DNA from: Pavona decussata
Taxonomy: Eukaryota
Length of the DNA: 64,000 nucleotides
Direction of reading: 5' to 3'
Assembly (NCBI GenBank): GCA_977016875.1
Contig: CDRNST010000144.1
Coordinates: forward strand, 5,332,001-5,396,000
Both the position numbers and the translations under genes were made by a program. The notes under the pieces were generated by a model. It had not been told where the DNA came from and did no database searches. It worked only from the letters and a program-made list of their open reading frames with translations. Shown piece after piece: positions 51,869 to 64,000 of this stretch. Position 1 is the stretch's first letter. The number at the start of each line of letters is the position of its first letter.

Positions 51869-54800
51869 CAAGCTCAATGTTGTCATGGGCTAGATAGGAA
51901 AACTGCAATTCGACTAAATTAAGTTTAATTTTTCTCAAATAAAGTAAAAAAATAAATAAATAACTAAATAAACACAACAAAATAAAAAAAAAATCACAGT
52001 GAAGTAGTGTTGTATCTTTTCTCGTCGTTGCTATCATTGCATTTTGAAAACAAAGCTTTATTAATAGTGAGAAGTCCAAAACATAAACGAAATCAGTAAA
52101 ACCGGCTTCCAACTATGCATATATTTTTAAACTCAACTCTTTGCCATCTTGTTTTCAGTTTTTTGCTCCAGTTTATTACGCCTCTGAAACTCGTTTATAC
52201 TGTGACTTCCATATTTGGTGTTTATCCATGTGAGCGCATTAAAAGCTTCGCATGATTGTCCAGCTTGGTTTCCTACCCAGGGGGTGGGGATTACCCCAAA
52301 TGATTAGACTTACTAACACATTGGGAGTACTCGCATGAAGGCTTTTGTGAAAGGACTAATTTTTAAGCTTTATTTACGAAATGCAGTGGTAGCAACAACA
52401 ACAACAACAACAACATCAAAAAGACATGTCATTACTTCACTGTGAGTTCAATTTGACTCTATTAAGGAGAAATTAAAATTTTAGCTATTATGCTCGCAAG
52501 ACGATTTTCAAAGGTGCCGCGCGTAAGACGTGCACGAGTTGAGTCTCATTTCAATACATTTCAACTCCAGGGGAGTTCTTCAGATTTTCTTTTGTTCCAC
52601 GGAGTGATGTCTAAATATCTCGAATGTGGATGGAACCAAAGTGGAAACTTACATATCGAAGCTCGCAACTCTTTATCGTTTCTGCAAGCGGCTTTGTGTG
52701 GGTACACATGGCACAAATGTACCTCAAATTGTTTTTCAGAGTAACATTAATCTCCATGTTACTTCTGTGACAAATTGCTCAAATGATTGACATGGGTAAA
52801 CCAACGCTAACCTGTGATTAAAAATGTTTGAGTTATTTGCCGTATTGACGTGTAAAGACTGGTGAGCCTTTTTTCCTTAAAATCTATCTTTACTGTGCAG
52901 ATCAACTTTTTAAAGAGAATTACAATAGACCAAGTCCAACGTAATAACCTTTCGGAGTTCTGGTTCAAATTCAGTATTTTATGCCAGCGTCTCGCGATCG
53001 GGCTTGCTGCTTTTAAAGAGATCTATGATAAGGCAAGCGGAAAGAAAGTCGTCGACTCGGTTTTGGCAGCAAATTGTCTAGCTAAATCAACGATTTCGAG
53101 CATGGCGACAATGTAAAATGTTTCCACGCCAACGTAGGACACAACAACCTTAGGTCCAATAATGGTCAAATAGCCTGACAAGGTTAATCCACGACAAATA
53201 TGGGACATTCCAATTAACACAATATAATACTGCCCACAATTTCCAGCCCACGGAACATAAGAAAATGTACCAATTACACCACCATTATCAGACTGGCAAA
53301 GACTGACTTTACGAAACAGAGATGTTACCGTATTTAGAATAGGACGGACCTCTATTTATCTATTGTAAAGATAAATAATTGGGGAGTTCTGCCCCCTTTA
53401 TAACTTTGCAAGAATATAACCCTTAGAAATGAAACTTGGAGGGTAAATAGTACATGTCTCCTTTGCAGGTCCATAATAAGATGGAATTACGCCTGATGAC
53501 GCAGGAATAAGTCATGATCTCAAAATGGCAGCCGTCATGGAATTTAAAGAGAAAGATCACTCCAGAAATTGTGTTAGTTAAGACTGAGTTGAGTTATTCA
53601 CCGTTGTTTGAGCTTCTGAATTGCTTTCAACTCATACGAAATTCTACTCCCGAAAGTCCGTGAATTGAGCACCACCATTTTGAGAAACACTTAGTAGCCT
53701 GGCTGCCTTTTTGTGACGTCATTCCTTTCCAAGAGAATATTACGTTAATACAGGAAGCTAGTCTCGCAATCCTCAGTTGTTTTTCTTTTGCGCAGGAAAA
53801 AAAACTGTGTGGACGAAATATGAATGGGATTGTTGACTAATCAGAATGAAACAACTGAGGAATAGAGAAACCGGGAGACTTGGTGTTCCTGTATTGGCGT
53901 CACAGCCCTAGTATCTCCGATTTCCCGTCTTTCGCAATATTTCCAACCGGGAGTGAAATTTGACACTTTTATAGTCCTCAAACTCGAGGAAGAAAAAATT
54001 ATAAGGAGTTTCTTTTCCGATTTTTATACGAGAACAATATTAACATTTGCTCAAGCAAATTAATTAATTAATTAATTAATTAATATGTCATATATACTTT
54101 GAGATTATCTGAAACGTCAGAAAGCTGTTGAACGAGCGCTGCGGTGACTTCGGGAAAATTTGTCTTTGATGTTTATATGAGGAGAGGACAGTTTGGGATG
54201 TTGCAGTGTCGCTTGATATCTTTCGCCACAACGCTGGCAGGTATTAGTTAAGACCACTTTTCAAACGCGATCTGTGGCGAGTCTGATAGTATTTGGTATT
54301 TGCCTGGGAAGGGCTATTGGTTTTGATAAAATTCTACCGTGTTAAATTCCCACCAAATTTAAACTAACTGATAATAATAATGACCTTTTATTAATCACCA
54401 ATTACAGGGATGAAATACAAGCTTCAAAATATGTTGATTAATGTTTAACTTAAAGTTACTCTTAACCAAACTTATTTAAATAGCTTTAATACGAAAACGT
54501 TTCATTTTTCATTTGGTATTTTTAATGAAGTTCTGTAACTTGTAAACATGTCTAAATCGAGAGCCATCTGACAAATGAAGAAACCGAGTGAATTGATATC
54601 ATTGTGGAAACCAAGTTTTATTTACAAGATAGTTGAAACTTACAATATTTCGGCTCTATCACAGAGTCATAGTCATGTGAAGATATTTTACAAGAGGCGA
54701 CTTAATTATCATAGGCGTGTTAATATTAAGTAATGTAACTAGAATACTTGTTAATCTAATTCTCTAGAGGCTTTAAGTCAATCGTTAATAGACGGCTTGA

Positions 54801-55029
54801 AATTCTTGATGTATTATCTCAAAGTTGTTTTGAACACAGGACAGTGGATGGTCATAGAAATAACCAATGTATTGGTTAGCTTACATGGACTACCTGATTG
54901 TTTCAATGACCTACCATTGTCCTGTATTCTAGTTACATTACGTAATATTAACACGCCTATGAAATTTAAGTCAAGAGTCAAACGTTTTGCCAAAATTGAC
55001 ACGCAAAGAATGTGAAGCGTTAAACGCTA

Positions 55030-56050
55030 TCAAACATCACAGTGCCCTTAACCTTAAAAAACGTGAACAAAGGAAGCACACTTGTTGTCATGGATAACCA
55101 AGATAAAGTACAAGAGGGACAAGTCCAAGTTAACGACTTAAATAATTACAGGCCTCTTGACACAAACCAAAGTGTCTCTTAGAACTACACCATAGCAACT
55201 ACATAGACGACATGACTAGAAAATGGTTTCTACAAACACCAAATCCGCCGCGACTACCTATACACTTCCCTCTTACAAAGATCCATTAACCTACTTTGGT
55301 AGGTAGACCAATCATCCCACGCTGTGATGGGCCAAAGAACAAATATCATTTGTTGACACACTACCTCCCCGGGACTACCTGAGCCTATTTCTGAAGCACA
55401 AGCGTGTTATCTTAAAGATGCCACAGATTTTATCAATTTTCTTGAAAACACGCAAGCTTTAAAAAGCTTAAATTCCTTGTATCGATGTACGTTATAAGCC
55501 TATATACAAATAAACCGTGTGTGACACATGAGGAGGGCATAGCTTCAGTATGCAAAGCATGCGATAAATTAACAGAAACAACCCTCCGATTCCCACTCCA
55601 TATCTGGGAAAAATGCTAACACTCATTCTCAATTCTCAAAGGCAATCGATGCCATCATCATTCCATACCGAAACCTTTAAATGCACGCATTTTTTCCTCT
55701 AGCCACCCACCAGGAGTCAAAAAGGATTTGTTAAGGCTACCCAAAGAATCTGATTGAAATAAAAAAAATGTCATCGGCATTAACTAAATGCAAAAAAAAA
55801 AAAACAAAAAAAAAAAAACAAAAAAAAAAAAACCACCCCCAAACAAATATCGCCTATCGTGACACAACATCAACATCCTTGCCCAACCTCAAACGTGTTC
55901 TGATGGGAAAATGACACTTAATACAAAACAAGCCATTTCTGCGAGAAACTGAGTTCAAAGAGCCACTTATATCCTTTTGAAAAAAGGAAAATATTTAAAT
56001 GACTTGCTTGTCAGAGCAAAAATATAGAGAGATAACATTCCCCCCAAAAA
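55030..56050 (+). mobile_element. Degraded Penelope-like retroelement RT relic
   Basis: Broken frames give KGSTLVVMD, RPII..CDGP, YLKDATDFINFLE, a (MD)V.SLYTN-like motif, EGIASVCKA, HPPGVKKG and DLLVRAKI*, typical of PLE ORFs, with many frameshifts and a deletion. Confidence 0.65.
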
Positions 56051-56139
56051 TTCCATTGTTAGAAGTTGTGCAGGCCTGTCTGTGTTACTCCTTGCTTTTT
56101 GCTACCGCAACTTGCAAACTCGGATCTAGTAAACTCGCG

Positions 56140-56356
56140 TTTACAGATCGGCTTCAATTTCTTGCAGCTAGGACTATGTTTGTCATATTTAAAGGATGTT
56201 GGGCCTCGTGCCTGATAAGAGGGCGTCTGGAAGAACCTTGGCGTGTTTATAGATCGGCTTCGTTTTCTTGTAAGACCACGTTTATAATATTGCTTAAACT
56301 TCCTTTTAAAGGATGTTGGGCCTAGCGCCTAATAAAAAGGCATCTGGCAGAACCTT
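56140..56356. repeat. Two-copy tandem duplication, units of about 100-110 bp
   Basis: AGATCGGCTTC...TTTAAAGGATGTTGGGCCT...CTGG.AGAACCTT occurs twice. Confidence 0.7.
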
Positions 56357-58627
56357 CGAGGTCCGAAATAATTGAGAACGTGGGTTTTACACTAAAAAAA
56401 TAGCAACTGGATATTTTCCAAGAATAAACAAAACGAATAATAGAATCTTTTTTTTTTCGAATAGCTCCCACCAAAATCTGAGAACCAGAGCCTACTTAGA
56501 GCCTAGTTAGCGTTTTCTAAAATTAACTGTCAATTTTGGTCTATAATCTGGAAATTTGCACTAATTTTCTTTCAAATGAGCAAATTATGAAAGTTATAAT
56601 ATACACGGCAGTTCAGAACAAAAATGGACGGAAGAAAGAATCTCCGTAGAACGAGACACAATCTAAATCGGAATTACACTTGGCTAGGGTTCAAGCGCTG
56701 GACTTAACCAGCATCTGTAGGTTTGCATTTTTCACCAATCACGGCTGTTTGTTAATGATATTTCTTTCACAGGTGAGAAATTTCGGAAGCCAAAAGCAGC
56801 TCGAAATTCTTCTGTAAGATTTTTCCGGGACTTCCGTACTTGACTTAACTTGAAGACTTAAAACAAATAAAGCTGAGTGAGGTTGCAAGGATATCCCTTT
56901 AATGGCATGTAAAACATGTCCCCTTACCTTGTGCTTAGAAAACTACGAGGTTGTATTTCACAGAAGACAGTTCAAACCTTCTAAACGGGTATTTCACCGA
57001 AATGAATGGCTGACTGCTCATGATTTATGCGGCCCTTCGAAGTGCTGGCTTTACATCTAACTGACTTACCTGAATCGATGATCTATACTTTGAAGGCTTG
57101 AGGCTGACGAGCACAATGAAACAGTAAAAATAATGCAAAGAACAGTTGAGTTGAACGTGAATTGAGTTGAAGCAACTCTTGAATGTGGCGAAGCTTATCC
57201 AATAAATGCTTTTAGTATTATGCTACGCCAATAATCATATTGTGGTCTTGAAAACTTGAAATATATGGGTGAAATATTTATGTGTGGGCAGTGAAAGGTG
57301 GGATTTTGGTGGATCATTTTTTTTGGGAACTATGTGTGTGTTTTTCGAATAGTGAACCGACGTTAAAACTACAATTATAATATACATCCAGGATAAAGAG
57401 GGCTCATATATTTATTGGTGTGATCTACTCTAGCAGATGACTGTAACTTATATGTATCTCTACCTTTGCTTCAAGAATTACACACTCGTCAACTGGAATT
57501 TTGTTTTCCTATAGTGGATCTAGGGGAGGGGCTCGGGCACCCGTTATCTTTTAGTAAAAAACCGCACTGAGTGAATAACTGCTTTACAATAAAAGCAAAA
57601 AATTTGCATTGCGCGTTATGTCTGCTTGTCTGTCTGTAGCTTAAATACTTTTGGCTGAAGACATTGGAAGGTGGAATGGTAGGATCTCTATGATTTCGTA
57701 AGCAAACTGAACTGAGTTAAAATAGAAAACACGTTATTGCACTTTGAAATATTTTTAACGGCCTATTCTATAAAACAAAGCCGTATGTGAAAACTTTTTG
57801 AAGCGATATCTTACTCCAAAGGAGCGGTTAAACTAAGTGCTTTCTCATACGTAAGATTGATTGTCTGGCTGTGTTTCGATGTTGGCTTGCCAATAATTCG
57901 CCACGTTTTATTTCCATATATTTTTTTGCAATAAAAAAATAACAAGTTTGTTCAAAAGAAAGAGTCCATACGCTCAATGCAAAGAAAGTACGTTATGGTT
58001 GCTTCAAGAAATGACATCGATGTTTGATTACCATCCAGTGATTTGGCTTTGAAAACAGCCTTCATGTGCAGCAGATGTCATAAACAATTTACCGCGCGCT
58101 AATATTTTATGTCTTTTTAGATGTTAAGCGCTCTGTTTTCAAATTCTTTTGTATCAAAATACCTCAAAGGTTCATTTGGAATCTCTTTTTTGCTTTGCTG
58201 AAGGAATTAGCGCCAAAGGTTTAACAGCAATTCGATCTACCTCTTGTGACACTGTTATGATAGAAATTCTCAGTACGTTTAAAGGCACTGCTCGATTTCA
58301 TATAGAAACAGCGTCAAGCGATCGATACCTTAAACTGGAGGATGCCGGCCTTCGAAGTATAACTCTTCGCGTCCTCGTCTTATTCGAAATATCTTCAATG
58401 AATCCGAGCAGAAATCCGTGGCGGATTTCCGTTACCCGTTTTTGAAGTCAACATACGCTCACGACACACTCGTGCTGCGAGATAAATGTCAGGAGCGAAT
58501 AGAACGAACGGATATACCTGAAATTTTCCAGAATAAATATATTGGATACAAGTAAACAGCTTTATTCACCGAGGGAGAAAAATATTATCACGGGTCAGCC
58601 TGCAGTTAACATAATGGCCCTCTTTAA

Positions 58628-59124
58628 CCCCATCTAGTCCGTCTTCTGGGGCCGTAGGGTGTAGGGGAGGGGGGGGGGGGGGGGGCTATTCTTCCCACTC
58701 CATAACTTTACAAGTATTAAACTTATGACAGTGGACAGTGAGACTTGGAAGATGGATATTACATTTAAAGGTGTATCCTTTGAGATCCGCAACGGGAACT
58801 GATGATGTCTATCATATGGTAATAATAACTATTATGAGCTAAAAAGCAAAACAAAACAAAACAAAATTATGGAAGAACAGTGATTTTTTTCTTAACTTTA
58901 AAAGGGGATTTTATATTTTCTAAAAAAATGCCTGCCAAAAATTGATTGCCATGACAACATCCAAGTCTACAAATACTAACCGACCACATCAAACTTTTAC
59001 TCAAATAAGTTTTTGAAAAATTCCTAATGTTTCAAGGTATTTGCACAAATATTTAAAAAGTTATTCAGATTGTAAGTCACCGCTGGCACAATCCGCCAAT
59101 CCACCACCCCCGGTCTAGATAGGG
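58628..59124. mobile_element. piggyBac-like MITE (TTAA-CCC...GGG-TTAA); partial relatives at about 4865-5370, 11720-12470, 15340-15560, 39542-40030
   Basis: TTAA CCCCATCTAGTCCG...CGGTCTAGATAGGG TTAA. The listed copies share internal motifs such as CCATGGCAACCAATTTTTG and AAGATGGCCGCC. Confidence 0.7.
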
Positions 59125-59560
59125 TTAAACGTACGCTAAAAATACAACTACTGGAAAGCTAAAAACTCGGCTGACTTATTTTAAAAGCTTCAAGAGATTA
59201 AATAGAAGAAAGACCCTCGCAGTTATCTACGCCACTTTAAAAGCAGTTGCGAAAAGAGTAGTCGAGAAGGAGATCTCAAAATCAGCGTTAAAAAACGACA
59301 TTGTAATACCCCCATCACACAAAAGGTTTGCCTTTATATTATGATAATTTGATACCCGTAGAACATTTCTAGGATGGTCTTCCTGGTAAAATATAGGGTC
59401 ACTGTTTTGCTATGCCATGTTGTTTTGGAGGGGGTGGGTGGGTACCTGTCTGGTGTCCTCACCTTGTTAAGGACATGCTTTAAACCATCGCAAAGGATAT
59501 ATGTCCTATGAAGACCGATGCAAATTACTAAAATGACCTACTATTTCCGACTGTAGACCT

Positions 59561-59824
59561 TATTTATCTTTAATTGAATGTTATAAGATAGTTTTTGGAT
59601 TTTATCATTTAAAATTTGAAGACTTTTTTGATTTCGCCACAACTCGGTCTACAAGGGCAAATCATGAATACAAGCTCTATGTCAAACCAGCCCGACTCAA
59701 TTGTTATAAACATTCTTTTTTCGTTAGAACTGTCAAACTATGGAATGAATTACCTGGTGATATAGTGGAAGCTGATAGCTTTCAGCATTTTAAATCTAAG
59801 CTCAAAATGTATTTAAATATTTGA
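59561..59824 (+). mobile_element. CR1-type LINE ORF2 3' fragment
   Basis: YLSLIECYKIVFG...TRSTRANHEYKL...KHSFFVRTVKLWNELP...FKSKLKMYLNI*. Confidence 0.75.
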
Positions 59825-61059
59825 CTCTAAAGATCTTGATTTATGTATACTTATTTTTGTTTTTCTTTTATTGAGGGAGTTTTCGCATAGGGCTAACCTC
59901 CAAACTTCCTTTTCTAGACTGAAGTACTTTTCTTCTTAGTTTTTTTTTTATTTGTATATATAGTCTGCNNNNNNNNNNNNNNNNNNNNNNNNNNNNNNNN
60001 NNNNNNNNNNNNNNNNNNNNNNNNNNNNNNNNNNNNNNNNNNNNNNNNNNNNNNNNNNNNNNNNNNNNNNNNNNNNNNNNNNNNNNNNNNNNNNNNNNNN
60101 NNNNNNNNNNNGGGAATATCCAAAATGGGAAAGGAAATGATCATATCTCTGAAGGTATAAGTGCTAGAAACTGGTTGCCAGAGTAACTTGCAAAACTGCC
60201 ATTCAAAGAGAAAATTATTACTTCATTGCTACAAATTACGTGAAAAGCAGTTCTTTTATAATCATATGATTTAATTTCAAATAAATCAATTGCAAGCATT
60301 AGATATAAAGCTACATATTTTAACTGATACAGAAATTATAGGGGCAGACGCCTCTTGACATACATGTACTATAAATGTGAAAAAGTCACGAGCGTCAAAC
60401 AGTGAAAGAAAGTATGCATTTCAATTCCTATTGTACTTCAGATGTCAAAATATAACAGTTGACTTAGTTCCTTTATTCAATTTTTCCTGGAAAGGGTGGC
60501 CAATGATGAAAATCAAAATTTTAAGGACCTGTTGCTTCATTTATGAGGTCACCCTCGCCTTCATTTTAGTCACCTACAAAAATTTTACTCAGGATAATAA
60601 CTTTTTCTCGGAGGTGTACAAAGCACCTAAAAGGTCTCTTTCAGCACATAATGCATGTATATTGCAAACAATAGCAGCTATTCCATCGACGATGAAAAAA
60701 ATAAGATTTACAATTGCGATTAGCAACACGTTTTTGTTACACATTAGGGACTTTAAGATCCAGGAACGCGGACGTCGTCAGAGGCGACCGGAAGTAAAAA
60801 TCAACCTTTGCAGTTCAGTGCGCATGACAAAAAGCCCAGACTGCCGCGTTTTCGCTCGCCACGAAAGTGACAAATGCAGTTTTCGCGTCGTTGATAAAAC
60901 GTGAGTACTTTGATGGTCTTTCTGGTTTTAATAGATCTTTTTATTGTCACTATTTACGTTTTTTCGAAGGTTTAAACATTCATTGTAGTAATGCTCGCTT
61001 AAAAAGTTAATCTGATTGCTTTTTCTTCAGATAAACAAGCAAATTCGGTGGGGACTGTC

Positions 61060-62314
61060 ATGGCATGTTCAAAGCCCAAGTGAGTGTAAATACGCTTAAC
61101 ATATTCTACAGGCATCTAAATTACCACCCTTTTGTTCCTTTTTGTTTGCCATTTCTCGACAACTCGTATTATGAAAGGGAGTTTATAAGAAATGTATTTT
61201 AAATTGTTTGCGCTCCATGTAGAAATGAAATAAGTCTTGAGCACAACAATTATAAAACCGAATTATGTTTATGTTAGGTCAATTTTTGAAGTAACTGCTA
61301 CCGAAGCATGGAAAATTGCCCGAAGGTTTGTTTATTGTACTATTCTTTCATTCTCGAAAAGGGTCCCTATTAATCTCAATATTATTCCCGCTTCAGATGC
61401 ACCAAACATAAGCTGCGAATTTTGCAATTTATAATTTATTTGATGAATTTATGTTTCCATATGATAGTACTGCCTCCCTTTTACTGACAGCATAACATAT
61501 AAGTAAAAGATTCGACCTTACTACTGGTAATCTATGGAATAATTTCGTCAAGCCAAATTTCCTTCTCTGTCGATTTTTTTTAATATACAGTGTTTTTTAA
61601 ACATGCATATTAAAACACTGTATATTTATTGCATTGCAGGATTATGAATTGGACTCCCTTGCATGACTTGCTTTTATGCCAGGAAGTAATATGTGTCAAC
61701 CCCTACAGTGCGAAAAAAAAATCTTTGCAGCGTAGTGCATTGTGGCAAAAAATTGCAGATTATCTGAACGTAGTAAAAGATCCACACTTTAATGTGGAAA
61801 AGAGATCTGTTCGTGATCATATTGGTATCCTAGTGCAGCGATTTAAGAGACAACAAGCACAAGAACTGAGAGAGAGTGGAATATCACCCGAGCGTACAGA
61901 GCTTGATGCTGCCATCGAACAAATCATAGCTTTTGAGGAATCTGCTGACACTGAACAGCAAGAAGCAAATGATGAAAACAGGGAGAAGCTACAGGCAGAC
62001 AGGAAAAAGGCAGAGGATGTGCGGAAGAAAGCGATGGAAACAATGGGAGAAACAAAGAAAAGGAATTCTGAAGAAGAAACTACTCAAGCTAAGAAGAGCC
62101 GACGGAATGGAAGTGGGGCAGTGGAATACCTGAAAGAAAGAGCAGATCAAGAGTTGGCATTTAAAGGACAAGAGCTGGAGTTGAAAAAGAGAGAGAACGA
62201 GAGGCTAGAAAGTCTCCAAACTCAACAAACACAGATGTTCAAAGCCTAATGGACCAGCAACAGCAGCAAACTCAGGCCTTGATGTCTATAATAGAAAAAC
62301 TTGTTCGCAAGTGA
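61060..62314 (+). pseudogene. Harbinger Myb/SANT-like (trihelix) DNA-binding protein; frameshift near C-terminus
   Basis: Exon 61060-61079 (MACSKP K, phase 2) joins the exon starting at 61640. Reads NWTPLHDLLLCQEV...WQKIADYLN...VRDH, then an acidic/basic coiled coil. Stops at 62249; one extra C would continue LMDQQQQQTQALMSIIEKLVRK* to 62314. Confidence 0.8.
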
Positions 62315-62847
62315 CTTTCAAAGAGTGACTCATTGGAGTAGTCATTAATGTTGTGTTATTGTTCTTATAACTCAGGCCTTGATGAAAAGCTTGTTCACAA
62401 GTGACTCGTTGGGGTCCTCATTAATATTGTGAACTTTTATTTTCCTTAACAAAAGATTTATTGTGTTACATCTTGATTAATTCATTTGATGCTGTTAAAA
62501 GCCTTCCTTTTGTAGGAAAAAATTTGAAAATTGTAAACCTTATTATTGATTAAATACTTTAACATGTTACTGGTGCTGCAACCAATCGGGCACTAGATTG
62601 AACCATAAGAAAAAACACCAATCACAGCTTCTGGTTATTTCATCTTGCCCCTCTGATTGCTTTTTCTTTCCAACATAACAAACATTCCTAGTGTGAATGG
62701 TTTTCTTGTGACAACGGCATGTTGAAACCTGTTATACATTTTGCACAATAATTATAGGTGCTGAATATAATATTTTGAAATTTCGGTTCGGTATTGTTGT
62801 GAGTATACTTGCCTTCTTAGAAAGTACCACAGTCTTTACTTAATTAA

Positions 62848-64000
62848 TTAAGCAAAATAGTCCTCTACTGAAGGAGGATCAAAGTCAAAGAACTGAGATG
62901 TGGTGTTTCCATAGAGGCAAGTCAATGCATTGTGTAGAAGTGAACACATGATATACATTTTGCTCACTTGACTAAGACCAATCTTTATGTTTTTTTTGAA
63001 GTCCAAAAATTTGAAATAGTTTATTATGTCACCAAATAGCCACTCAACAGAGGTGCGAACAGCACTCATCGAACTGTTTTAAGCCTGCATCTGTGGAGTT
63101 AACACACGATGCCGGAAAGGTGCTTGCAGGTGGACCCTAGGAGGATATGCTGGATCCCCATAAATACACATTGCTTCTCCAGTAGTAGAGAAAGCATTCA
63201 TCTGGAGGCTGTCATACAGGTGGGACTCTCCTAGCATTGCTGCATCATGCTTTCTTCCTTCTGTTGAGCAGAAAACAATTAACCTCTCTAAAATACATTG
63301 TTATACATGAGGTAGTAAGTGACAGGGTCGAGGGTGGAGTACTCTGGGTGGGTGGCAGGGGTGGATCAAAGATCTTACGAAAGGGGGGGTTGTCAGTCAG
63401 TATGAGTCAATACGGGGTCCAGGGGGACATGGCACACCTAGAAAGTTTGAAAATGTACATTATAAATAAGGTATTTTCAGCATTTTCACCCTCTCATAGG
63501 GGGGGGGGGGGGGAAGGTTGCAACCCCCTCAACCCTCCCCTGGATCCGCCCCTGGGTGGTGAGTGACAGGATCTAGGAGGACTGCGGTATAAGCCATGAA
63601 CATTTAAAGTTCACTGTACATGCAGTACAATTAGCATAATATGTTTCATTAATTGTATTTAATTTGGAACAGTAAGGAGTGACTCACCTACTGGCCCATA
63701 AAGATGTGCAATTAGGCCATTTGGAACAACAATAGATTGGAATGTAAGACTATGCACACGCTTATGCCCGTTGTAAACCACTCTTTAGTGTTCCCATGGT
63801 CGAGAAATAGGGCGGACAGTTCCATCCACGAAGCCAAAGCAATTTTGTAATGGTGCTCCTTTGTTGGAAATTACTTGTGCATAATTCTCCAGCTTGATGG
63901 GACTTAAGACGTTTGGATTCCAATCCATGATGCGCTGTCTGTGGTTGTCGTAGATAAAATACATCACAGTGTTATTGATCATGCACAATTCAGGGACTGG
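62848..64000 (-). pseudogene. Harbinger/HARBI1-like DDE transposase, 3' part, with two in-frame stops
   Basis: Exons 63688->64000 and 62848-63260. Motifs CFGFVDGT, YNGHKRVH, GRKHDA, YGDPAYP, RTSVEWLFG (D, D, E). TAA at 63785-63787 and 63079-63081. Confidence 0.9.
63356..63554. mobile_element. MITE inserted in the transposase intron
   Basis: Ends CAGGGGTGGATC...GATCCGCCCCTG, with GGTGG on both sides. Confidence 0.65.

Larger units (their letters stand above)
60747..64000. mobile_element. PIF/Harbinger DNA transposon, decayed; right end beyond the window
   Basis: TTA then GGGACTTTAAGATC... terminus at 60744-60760. Convergent Myb/SANT-like ORF (+) and DDE transposase (-), the standard two-gene Harbinger layout. 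Confidence 0.85.

Noticed and set aside
57990-58520. Possible decayed minus-strand exon
   Set aside because: Has an acceptor-like site but multiple stops and no recognisable family; not supportable.
60377-60904. 175-aa ORF (also 43856-44362)
   Set aside because: Non-ATG start or no recognisable motif, and it runs across TE boundaries; likely chance.

Overview
AT-rich, intron-containing animal DNA, most likely from a scleractinian coral (inferred from gene content and repeat types). It has two N-gaps, at 31536-31701 and 59969-60111. The window holds two tandem minus-strand paralogues of the coral catalase-related allene oxide synthase/lipoxygenase fusion gene (AOS-LOX). Each has 11 coding exons of identical length in both copies, giving about 1046 aa, and each starts with a 7-nt first coding exon (ATG GAA T|gt). 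Copy B (40905-51431) is intact. Copy A (3301-16198) has a single-base nonsense change (TCA>TAA at 6339-6341) upstream of three LOX iron ligands. Both copies keep the haem and iron ligands and the R-type Coffa Gly. Compared with the Plexaura homomalla enzyme, aligned from memory, the distal catalase Asn is Ser and the LOX substrate-carboxylate Arg is Thr/Ala. This suggests a different, possibly undescribed, oxylipin chemistry. Between the copies is a plus-strand, micro-exon-rich coiled-coil gene with a frameshift and a polybasic/Cys C-terminal tail. The right end holds a decayed PIF/Harbinger transposon (Myb/SANT-like ORF plus HARBI1-type transposase). MITEs, SINE/LINE fragments, a Penelope-like RT relic and two hammerhead-ribozyme-like motifs fill the introns and intergenic space.
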